IMG/VR virus record: IMGVR_UViG_3300032315_001694
Direction: 5' to 3' (one strand)
Length of the DNA stretch: 64,000 nt
Source: a virus
Taxonomy: Duplodnaviria > Heunggongvirae > Uroviricota > Caudoviricetes
Positions 9,059-18,000 of this stretch are shown here, piece after piece; positions within the stretch are counted from its first letter, which is position 1, and the number at the start of each line of letters is the position of its first letter. Below the pieces are notes generated by a model. That model searched no databases. It was not told the origin of the DNA and saw nothing but the letters and a program-made list of their open reading frames with translations. A program made the translations under genes and the position numbers.

Positions 9059-10954
9059 ATGAGTATCGTTCAAACAATTCTGTCTTACTGGTGGGCTCTA
9101 CCTATTCTCCTTTCAGTAGTATTTTACAAATGGGTTTTCCGTCTTTTTGGTATCGTAATAGTACCCGAAGATAAAATCGGTCTTGTGACCAAAAAATTCG
9201 TTCTTTTCGGTGATAATAAAGAACTATCTGGTGACCGTATCATCGCCACCAACGGTGAAGCTGGCTACCAAGCAACGTATCTATCACCAGGCCTTCATTT
9301 CTGGTATTGGCCTTGGCAATATGAGATTGATATGCAATCTTTCGTAGTAATACCAGAAGGTAATGTTGGTCTTATAAATTCTAAAGATGGTCTTATCATC
9401 AAAACTGGTCGTATCTTAGCACGTAGAGTTGAATGTAATAACTACCAAGATGCACAAGCTTTCTTGAATAATGGTGGTCAAAAAGGTCGTCAATCAGCAT
9501 TCATTCCATCAGGTGTTTATAAAATCAATACACTCTTGTTTGAGATATCTGTTGTAAAACAAGCTCATATTCAAGATAATATGGTTGGTATTGTTACCAC
9601 TCTTGATGGTGAGCCACTTGAACATGGTACTATCGCTGGTAAAGTAGTTGATAACTCTTTACACAATAACTTCCAGGACTTCGATGCTTTCCTTGAAGCA
9701 GGTGGTAATCGTGGTTTACAACAACAAATCATACAGGCTGGTTCTTATAACTTAAACCCTTGGGCTGTTAATGTTGAAGAACTTCCAATGACCGAGGTTC
9801 CGATTGGACACGTAGGTGTTGTAATGTCTTACTATGGAGATGAAGGTGTTGATGTGACTGGTAAAGACTTCAAACATGGTAACCTTGTAGCTAAAGGACA
9901 AAAGGGTGTATGGGCTGAACCTTTAAACCCAGGTAAATACCCAATTAATAAATACACTACCAAAGTTGAAGTTGTTCCTACAACTAATCTTGTTCTTAAC
10001 TGGGCAACTGGTAGAAATGAATCTCACAATCTTGATAAAGGATTAAGCACTATTACAGTACGTTCTAAGGACGGTTTCACTTTCAATCTTGATGTATCTC
10101 AGATTATCCACGTTCCTATGAGTGAAGCTCCAAAAGTTATTGCTCGATTCGGAACTATGAATAACCTTGTATCTCAAGTTCTTGAACCAACAATTGGTAA
10201 CTACTTCCGTAACTCAGCACAAAGTTCAGATGCGATTTCATTCTTAACTTCTCGTGTGGAACGTCAGAACGAGGCTAAGACTCACATCTCTAGAGTTCTT
10301 GATGAGTATAACGTTTACGCTGTAGATACCTTAATTGGTGATATTACACCTCCACCAGCACTTATGGAAACCTTAACTTCTCGTAAGATTGCTCAAGAGC
10401 AAATCATTACTTTTGAAAATCAGAAGAAGGCTCAGGTACAACGTCAATCTCTTGAAAAAGAAACAGCTATCGCTGAAATGCAGAAAGAAGTTGTAAAAGC
10501 TGAACAATCAGTTAACATTGCTGAAAGAAACGCCGATGCTTCTGTTAAGAAACAAGAGGGTGAGTCTAAAGCCGTTAAAATCGCAGCTGAGGCAGATGCT
10601 CAAGCTACTGAATTAAGAGCTAAAGCTGAATCTACTCGTATCGCACTTACTGGTCAAGCTGAATCTGAAAAGATCCTGGCTATTGGTAAGGCAAACGCTG
10701 AATCTTACCGTTTGGCTGTTGATGCGATGGGTAAAGAAAACTTCACCTCTTACAAAATGACTGAGGAAATTGGTAAGAGTGGTATCAAGTTGATGCCAGA
10801 ACTTCTTATCCAAGGTAGTAACGGTGGTGGTTCATCTATCGATGGATTACTTGGATTACAAATCCTTGAAAAAATGGGTAAGAGTGTATCTCCAACTCAA
10901 GAAGTGCCAGCTGAGGAAGTTAAATCAGAAGATAAAACTTCTAAGAAGAAATAA
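9059..10954 (+). CDS. SPFH/band-7 (flotillin-like) membrane protein
   Basis: N-terminal TM helix, SPFH-like core, long C-terminal coiled coil (AEADAQATELRAKAESTRIALTGQAESEKILAIGKANAESYRLA) typical of flotillin/YqiK. Confidence 0.65.
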   Translation: MSIVQTILSYWWALPILLSVVFYKWVFRLFGIVIVPEDKIGLVTKKFVLFGDNKELSGDRIIATNGEAGYQATYLSPGLHFWYWPWQYEIDMQSFVVIPEGNVGLINSKDGLIIKTGRILARRVECNNYQDAQAFLNNGGQKGRQSAFIPSGVYKINTLLFEISVVKQAHIQDNMVGIVTTLDGEPLEHGTIAGKVVDNSLHNNFQDFDAFLEAGGNRGLQQQIIQAGSYNLNPWAVNVEELPMTEVPIGHVGVVMSYYGDEGVDVTGKDFKHGNLVAKGQKGVWAEPLNPGKYPINKYTTKVEVVPTTNLVLNWATGRNESHNLDKGLSTITVRSKDGFTFNLDVSQIIHVPMSEAPKVIARFGTMNNLVSQVLEPTIGNYFRNSAQSSDAISFLTSRVERQNEAKTHISRVLDEYNVYAVDTLIGDITPPPALMETLTSRKIAQEQIITFENQKKAQVQRQSLEKETAIAEMQKEVVKAEQSVNIAERNADASVKKQEGESKAVKIAAEADAQATELRAKAESTRIALTGQAESEKILAIGKANAESYRLAVDAMGKENFTSYKMTEEIGKSGIKLMPELLIQGSNGGGSSIDGLLGLQILEKMGKSVSPTQEVPAEEVKSEDKTSKKK

Positions 10955-10977
10955 TCTACACTGATTTAAGTAAAAAA

Positions 10978-11004
10978 CCCGACATCAAAAGTGTCGGGTT
11001 TTTT
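10978..11004 (+). terminator. rho-independent terminator (cccgaca/tgtcggg hairpin plus T-run), flanked by an A-run so possibly bidirectional
   Basis: Perfect 7-bp GC-rich stem, 7-nt loop, T6; 24 nt after the SPFH gene stop. Confidence 0.7.
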
Positions 11005-11020
11005 ATTTTATATATATATT

Positions 11021-11470
11021 ATGATGAAAAAAATACTAACTTATAGTTTATTTGAAAAGTTTAAAATGCCTTCTAAAGAAGAGATAACTCAGAAAATAAA
11101 ATATGAGTTTAACTCATTAGAAGATGCTAAAGCAGAAGTAGATATTTATATTGACTCAATACTGAATCTACAAAAATCAGGTGGTAAGGTTTATCGTTTG
11201 ATTTGGTTGAATAAAAAATCTGATTTAAAGACCAAAAAATTAGGACAACATTGGATTATGGATATCGGAGTTTTAGATAGATTTCAAAGTGGTTTAGAAA
11301 GTGGTGCAAAAGAAAATAGACCTGATTCGAAACCATTCCTAATTGAGGCTGAAATTGAACCAGGACAAATAGATTTGAGTAGTAGTTTAGGCCAGTTTTT
11401 AGCTTTACCACAAGAAAATGAAATCAATCTTAAATATCAACCAAAGAAATTTAAGATTGAAAATTGGTAA
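11021..11470 (+). CDS. hypothetical protein, possibly a divergent N-motif family member (MMKKILTYSLFEKFK)
   Basis: ORF 10991..11470; the first 10 codons overlap the terminator, so the Met at 11021 is preferred. Confidence 0.35.
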   Translation: MMKKILTYSLFEKFKMPSKEEITQKIKYEFNSLEDAKAEVDIYIDSILNLQKSGGKVYRLIWLNKKSDLKTKKLGQHWIMDIGVLDRFQSGLESGAKENRPDSKPFLIEAEIEPGQIDLSSSLGQFLALPQENEINLKYQPKKFKIENW

Positions 11471-11495
11471 TATTGGTTATTTAGATAAAAATTAT

Positions 11496-11503
11496 TATCT
11501 TTG
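11496..11503 (+). promoter_or_regulatory. TAtcTTTG -7 promoter element
   Basis: Consensus TAnnTTTG upstream of a small basic ORF. Confidence 0.35.
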
Positions 11504-11524
11504 TATTATCAAACAACAACGACA

Positions 11525-11692
11525 ATGAAAAACTTCAAAATAACTAAAGACGATATCCTTAAAATGGAAAGAGCTGGTCGTAGATCAGCTGAGATTGAAG
11601 CTGGATTATACGGTTCATTTACCAAAAATGTAGTTCATAAGTCTGTAAAGACTTACACTCGTAAAGATAAGCACAAGAAATCAATTGCCTAA
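11525..11692 (+). CDS. small basic hypothetical protein (55 aa)
   Basis: ATG-initiated version of tracked ORF 11501..11692; lysine/arginine-rich. Confidence 0.3.
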   Translation: MKNFKITKDDILKMERAGRRSAEIEAGLYGSFTKNVVHKSVKTYTRKDKHKKSIA

Positions 11693-11846
11693 TTTCTGTT
11701 TTAATATATAATATAATCAAGTTCCTGAATATATCAATGCACAATTTGGTAGAGATTACCAAAAGTTTCTTGACTTTTTAAGTTCTAAAGAAATAACATA
11801 CCAAATAAAATTTGGAGTTTTATCATACTGGAATTAAAATAAAAAA

Positions 11847-11876
11847 CCCTACTTATTCAGTAGGGTTTTCTTTTTC
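11847..11876. terminator. bidirectional rho-independent terminator (ccctact/agtaggg)
   Basis: 7-bp stem, A-run upstream and T-run downstream; lies between convergent genes. Confidence 0.6.
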
Positions 11877-12281
11877 TTCATCATCGTTAAACCAATCATT
11901 CATTTTCCAACGTCTTCCAAAATCTTTATCTTGTGGTGCGACATTATCAAAAAATTTTGAAATTTTGATTTGTAAATCAGAAGATAACCTATTTTTATAA
12001 GCCAATTCTAACTTATCAGCCCATTTTTTAGTTAGTTCATAATCTTCAAAAACCGATAAATCCTGCCATTGTCCAACTTCAATACAACTATTACGACAAT
12101 CAACAATAATTTGTAATGTTTTTGAATCGTTTAAACTATTGAGCGCCTTTTCTTCTGGGTATTTTAGACTAATATTGATGTAATAATGGCTGTATCCATA
12201 TTTCATTTTTTTATGGAATTCTATTCTTGGGTCAGATAAGTTCTCAAGAGCAAAGTTTAAAAATTGTTCTAAATCTTCCAC
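11853..12281 (-). CDS. hypothetical protein
   Basis: 142-aa ORF; 3' end overlaps the bidirectional terminator. Confidence 0.4.
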   Translation of the reverse strand: MEDLEQFLNFALENLSDPRIEFHKKMKYGYSHYYINISLKYPEEKALNSLNDSKTLQIIVDCRNSCIEVGQWQDLSVFEDYELTKKWADKLELAYKNRLSSDLQIKISKFFDNVAPQDKDFGRRWKMNDWFNDDEEKENPTE

Positions 12282-12301
12282 ATTAATACACTATTTTTTG
12301 A

Positions 12302-12334
12302 TAAAAAAAAAGCCCTGTAAAAACAGGGCTTTTT
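12302..12334 (-). terminator. rho-independent terminator after the S1-like gene (agccctg/cagggct hairpin; T-run on minus strand)
   Basis: 7-bp stem; a 9-nt A-run on the plus strand is a T-run for the minus transcript. Confidence 0.6.
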
Positions 12335-12339
12335 CTTCA

Positions 12340-13449
12340 TTAAGCAACTGTCAAGAAGATCTTACGATTCGATCTATCAACTGCTAAAACTTTGACTTTC
12401 AAATCTTGGTCAGCTTGAAACTTACGACCAATCTTTTCAAGTTCAGAGTTGTGAATCAAACCCATAGTTTCATCATCAAGAGAAATAAGAGTTCCGAATG
12501 CCTTGTTATCTTTTACTTTACCGTCGATAACTTGACCAATTTTGATATTATCCCAAAGAGATTCACGAAGGATTTGAGTAAGGATAATTTTATCCTTGAT
12601 AATTTCTTTAACATAGAAATTAATTTCCATGCCTGGTTTAATCTCAGAAAGTCTATCAGACCATTCTGGATTGATGTTAGCTTTGTGAATCATACCAGTT
12701 AAACAATCATTAAACTCAACGAAAACACCAAATGGAGTTGTTCCAGTAACGTGTCCTTCATAAACCGTATTTGATTTTAATTCATCAATTGCTTGAGGAA
12801 TTAACGTTCTCAAATACTTTCTACGACTTACAATATAAGTACCTTCATTTTCTGAGAATGATTCAATCATCACATTTAACGTCTGACCGACAATTGAATT
12901 TGGATCGTGTAACTTATTGATACCAGCTAAAGTATTTGGCATAAATCCTGGTAGGGTTACACCATCGTGTAGAATATCAATATCATATCCAGCTGGATTC
13001 ATACTACGAATAACTGCGGTTACAACTAAATTCTCATCAAGAGCCTTTAAGGTTGCATGTGCCTTAGATTCATAAATAGCTGCTATTGATCCTCTAATGC
13101 TATAGTTACTTTCATCAATATGAACCAATAAAACATCAATCTTATCACCGACTTGAGTGTTTTTTAAATATTTTGATTCAGATGGACGATTTTCTATATA
13201 AACATCATCTTTGAATCCTCTAACTGAGAAAGAGTACTGTTCAGATGAAATACCAAGGTAAATACCGGATACAATTTCGTTTCTAACGGGTTGTGAGATC
13301 AAAGAACTTTCAAGTAATTTTGCCATTGCTTGATACTCTGGCGTTTGGCGAATTGCCCCTTTTTTGTTTTTAAGTTTAGATTCTTGGAACATTAGTTCTT
13401 CCCAGAAATCATCATCATTTTTTTCTACTACAATTTTTTCTTCTATCAT
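12340..13449 (-). CDS. ribosomal protein S1-like protein with multiple S1 RNA-binding domains
   Basis: Repeated S1-domain signatures: GQVIDGKVKDNKAFGTLISLDDETMGLIHNSEL; YEGHVTGTTPFGVFVEFNDCLTGMIHKANI; GDKIDVLLVHID. 369 aa with about four repeats. Confidence 0.6.
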   Translation of the reverse strand: MIEEKIVVEKNDDDFWEELMFQESKLKNKKGAIRQTPEYQAMAKLLESSLISQPVRNEIVSGIYLGISSEQYSFSVRGFKDDVYIENRPSESKYLKNTQVGDKIDVLLVHIDESNYSIRGSIAAIYESKAHATLKALDENLVVTAVIRSMNPAGYDIDILHDGVTLPGFMPNTLAGINKLHDPNSIVGQTLNVMIESFSENEGTYIVSRRKYLRTLIPQAIDELKSNTVYEGHVTGTTPFGVFVEFNDCLTGMIHKANINPEWSDRLSEIKPGMEINFYVKEIIKDKIILTQILRESLWDNIKIGQVIDGKVKDNKAFGTLISLDDETMGLIHNSELEKIGRKFQADQDLKVKVLAVDRSNRKIFLTVA

Positions 13450-13502
13450 TTTATTTGATTTTAAAAGGTTACAAAATTTTATATGATTAAAAACTTGAAA
13501 GT

Positions 13503-13886
13503 TTAAATATTTTTATTTATATTATTGACTTTCATATAATCTCTAATCCTGGAAGCCTCTTCATAATTCTCATTTTGAATTGCTGTTTTAAGCTTCTCAT
13601 TTAATTCTATTTCTAATTCTTCTTTTGTTTTACGGCTTTTCAATCCTTCTAAGTCATCCAAAAGAGATTTATAATACTTTTTCATCTCCGATATAGAGTT
13701 GAAATGTAAATAATTATCCTTAATTCCATTATTAGCCATATCAGATAATTTATCTGATTCTGTTATTTTTTCTAAGAATTCTGGATTAAGAGCCTTATTT
13801 TCAATAAGAAAATTAGTTAAATGATGAGGTCTATTTTGAAATAATTTTAGAACAACTAATAGATTTTGATAAGATTCATCACTCAT
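13503..13886 (-). CDS. hypothetical protein with C-terminal UVR-like motif
   Basis: IQNENYEEASRIRDYM resembles the UvrB/UvrC UVR interaction motif. Confidence 0.35.
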   Translation of the reverse strand: MSDESYQNLLVVLKLFQNRPHHLTNFLIENKALNPEFLEKITESDKLSDMANNGIKDNYLHFNSISEMKKYYKSLLDDLEGLKSRKTKEELEIELNEKLKTAIQNENYEEASRIRDYMKVNNINKNI

Positions 13887-13895
13887 AGAATTATT

Positions 13896-14630
13896 TTATA
13901 TTTTTTCATAATAAAGTTTAAAGAAATAATCAAAACAATATTGTGTTGCATTTCTTTCTTGAGTAAAAGTTATAATAGTAGATGAAAAATCATACTCTGT
14001 TTGACTTTGAAATTTCTTTAATTGATATTGTGTTGTACCAACATCTGCTGGTAAAGATGCTGTTCTTGTCGGTTGTCCTATATTAGAAGTTCCCGCCCAT
14101 AAGTTATTATATTTTAAAACCGACTGATTTTGAATATCAACATACTTAACATAAAGATCTATCCTAACCAACTTATATCTATCTAAAACATTTTTAATAA
14201 TATATTCCTTGATAGCAAAGTCAACATCACCATTCTTTGTCATCTCATTCTTAACTCCTTCAAAAGTTCTCCATCTCTTTAGAGTCGCAAAAATAAAATT
14301 GGTTAAAATAGTTTTTAAATCAATAGTTAAAATCCAACGAGCATCCGTATCTTTTTGACTAACACCTTGTGATGGATCTAAAACCAATGTATGATTCAAT
14401 CTTTTATCTTCTGATGAAGAATAAGAAACCGGTGGTAAAGATGATTCAATGATTAAATCTAATTGTTCTTTATTCAAATTTTGAAAATAAACCAAACTCT
14501 GGTTATCAATATAAACACTATCTTCAATTTCCAACATTTTAGAACCAAATGGAGAAGATTGCTCCTTCATATTGTAAGTTCCATAAACTCTTGAATAATC
14601 AAATTCAGGTGATATGTAAGTCCTTCTCAT
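13896..14630 (-). CDS. hypothetical protein, likely virion/tail-associated
   Basis: Immediately upstream on the same strand as giant structural genes. Confidence 0.35.
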   Translation of the reverse strand: MRRTYISPEFDYSRVYGTYNMKEQSSPFGSKMLEIEDSVYIDNQSLVYFQNLNKEQLDLIIESSLPPVSYSSSEDKRLNHTLVLDPSQGVSQKDTDARWILTIDLKTILTNFIFATLKRWRTFEGVKNEMTKNGDVDFAIKEYIIKNVLDRYKLVRIDLYVKYVDIQNQSVLKYNNLWAGTSNIGQPTRTASLPADVGTTQYQLKKFQSQTEYDFSSTIITFTQERNATQYCFDYFFKLYYEKI

Positions 14631-14995
14631 TAGATACTATTATATTTTTTAACAATACTCTGAATATAAAGAGTTTGATAGATGTTCTGTAAAGTCGGAA
14701 CAGATGAAATATTTGGTTTATTTACCTCTAAATGATATTCAAAGTCCCAAGTGGATTTAAAAATAAAATAATCCGCAACCATATATCCATACTCATCCAA
14801 CATTGGATAAATTGAATCATATGTTGTATCATTCCTTAATTTCAGAATGTTTTCTTTTCTATTGATTTTAGATACCACTCTTTGCTTCATTACCCCAAAT
14901 AATGATAAACCATCGTCAAATGTGTAATTACCCAAACGCATTTGTAAAGATTGTATCGGAGAAGTTGTATAAACACTTTGTGAGAATATTGCCAT
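14630..14995 (-). CDS. hypothetical protein, likely virion-associated
   Basis: 121-aa ORF, start/stop overlap with neighbour. Confidence 0.35.
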   Translation of the reverse strand: MAIFSQSVYTTSPIQSLQMRLGNYTFDDGLSLFGVMKQRVVSKINRKENILKLRNDTTYDSIYPMLDEYGYMVADYFIFKSTWDFEYHLEVNKPNISSVPTLQNIYQTLYIQSIVKKYNSI

Positions 14996-15041
14996 AACTT
15001 ATATATTCAAATTAGAAATACTTCTAAGCAAAAGTCATAAT

Positions 15042-18000
15042 TTAAAATCCAAAAGCTTCAGAATATTGTGCATATTGTTCGTTACTGAAAACAAAATAAT
15101 TATTCTGATCACACCCTACTACTATACCATTAGTTAGAATAAAATCAAGTAGTTGTGTTCTCGAACCAATTGGAACTTGCATTATCTGTCCATATAATTG
15201 TAGTAGTAAACTAGGATCTCCATATTGTCCTATTCCTTTCGAGGTGTTCGAACCTAAAATAGGAGCTAACAATAAATAAGCATTATTGAAGTCCAAACTC
15301 TGAGATATTGTATAATCATTACTAACAAATGAGTTCCAAATGCGACTAATAGAAGCAGTTGCTGAAACAGGACAATTTACCTCAGGAAGTGAATTTAAGA
15401 ATGTGTGAAATGGTGTGTAAGGCCGATTTTGTATAGAATATTGTATATAACTAACACTCATTGGACCACAATCTGGACAACATAAATTAACTGAACTTTT
15501 TGAAATCGTGAATTCATTATCTGTCAGAGCCTCCTGAATTGATTCCAGGTTGTATTCATTTTGTTCAAAGAAGTATTGTAAGATATTCTTACAAGGATCA
15601 TTTTGAGATGCTGTTATTCTAACATCACATTTATCAGATTTATACTTAATTGAAAGAACAAAATAACCTGACTCTATTTGTGGGTGTATTAAAGTGTTAC
15701 CTGGTTCATATACATCTATTTCAAACCCTAAATCTGAGTAAATCGAAAGTGGTGATATTGTTGATGTTATCTGAGTGTAGAAATTTTCCCAAGATGTTAA
15801 AGAACTACTTGTAAATCCACCTACTGGTGGAAATAAATCTAATTCCATTTGTTCTAATAAATCACCTCTCCAAAAATCAAAATTAACAGGTTGATTAGGA
15901 TCAAATCCACTTAAAACAAATTGTACATCACACAAACTACCAACATCATATAAAGAAGAATCTCTAAATAATTCTACTTCATAGAAAATCGGCATATAGT
16001 AACCAGTGTGTCTGAAAATATGTTGAAAAATCTCAGTTTTTTGATTGTTATAGTTTGGTAATACCTGAGGATCTGATTTAACATTAGTGATTTCAACTCC
16101 CAATGGTACCTCATTATAGAAATCTATTTTTTCTAAATTATCAATTTCACCATTAACTAGTGAACGATAAGGTTTAAGTGTATTCTTATCTAATGTTTTT
16201 AAAGAATATCTAAGAGAATCATTTTTCAAATTTAACTCATCAGGTTCTTCACAAACTATATAATATGGTAAACTCTCAAGATTATTTCCAAATTTATACT
16301 TTTTAAATGTTCCATCTTCTTCAATAACAACATAAGATGTATAATCAGCAAATCCATAGATGGTATCCAAATCATTTATTTGTCTGATAAAATTAGCCGC
16401 AGTCAATCTACCATTTGTTTCAACATATAAATTGTCTCTCTCAATATTTCTAGTTTCATCCATAATTAAGGCATTACTCGAAATAGTATTATCATTGATA
16501 GCAATATTGACTAAAACATTCTTCCATTTCTTATTGATATAAATTGTAATTCCGTTGTCCAAAGTTATATTTGGATTGTATTGACAATAATAATAAGTAT
16601 CACCTATTTTTACAATAGAATTACTCATAGTACCATAGATAAATGATGTATCTGGCACAAAACTGTAAATTCTACCCCAGTTGGTTGAAACTCCTGGAAT
16701 ATCTTCATATGTTACCGAACTATTAGATAAATAAAGAGTCTCATTATAAACAACATATTTTGATGTTGAGTAACCTGAGTTTTTATCCCACAACTCAATC
16801 TTTTTCCAATTAAAATTTTGAGATGTAGAATCATCTACAACTACCTCTCTCCAATACTTATCTTCACTACTTGATTGTATTTTTCTATCTTGTGTTACTG
16901 GATGTACTCCGACTGGAACATAGCTTGAACTAAATGTCACGGCCGAGAAAAATCTGTTATCATAAATGACAGTATTTCCAATACTGTAAGTAGATGTAGA
17001 TGGATTCCAAAAACTAACAGTCGAACCACTATTATTGAATTGATAATATTCATCATAAATATAAACCCAAGAAGCAGTTGCTGCATAGTTCCAAAACTGA
17101 TTAAAGTTAGTAGCCACACTATAAGAACCAACTAAGTTGATTGGATTATCTAACGGATTAGATATTGTAACCCCATCAATTACCCGGAATGATACACCTT
17201 CATACATAACATAATCACCGACATTATAGGATTTATCATGCTCCCAATTTCTTATTACTTGCCATTGCATTTTATTTCTCCAGATTCCTGGTTGTTTTGG
17301 TGTACTTCTAACAAATGGTTTATCAGTAGTAAAACCATAACCGCCATAAGTAAAAATACCAACATCCCTAACCACTGATGCTGTCGCCTGATATTCAGGA
17401 GTTATATAAGGATAAAACTGGTCAATTTCAACAATATCACCAACACTAACATTAGATGGTGACATTCCATAAGAAGTTAAGAATCCAACATTACCATTAT
17501 AACTAAATTGATTATCAATAAAGTAATTCCAATAATATGGCTTATATAAAGTTGATTCATCAGAAACCATCCAATCATTACTACTCAATAAGATAGAAAA
17601 TTTGTAATCCTGGAATAGATTCGATGAAAATAAATTTATATTTTCAATAGAAGTTGGATTATTTTTTATACTATCAACTTCAAACAATCTAAATTTTAAA
17701 CCTCTAAATACGGTTGTATTTGGTTCTACTCTATCACCACCTTCAAAGTAGGAATATTTCTTTTTATTGTGAACTAATTCACCATCAATGAAAGATTGAG
17801 TTTGTGAAAAGAATAAATCAAAATAACTAAAAGTATATGTATATGGTTGTCCTAAGAAAGAAGCTGAACCAATTTCTAAATATTTATCTAATTCAAATTG
17901 ATAAGAACTATCTTGAGCATTTCCAATATTTTTCTCCACATGAAGTGAATGATGTAAATATGAAGTGGTTCCAGAATTTATTGTATAAAAATAATCTAGA

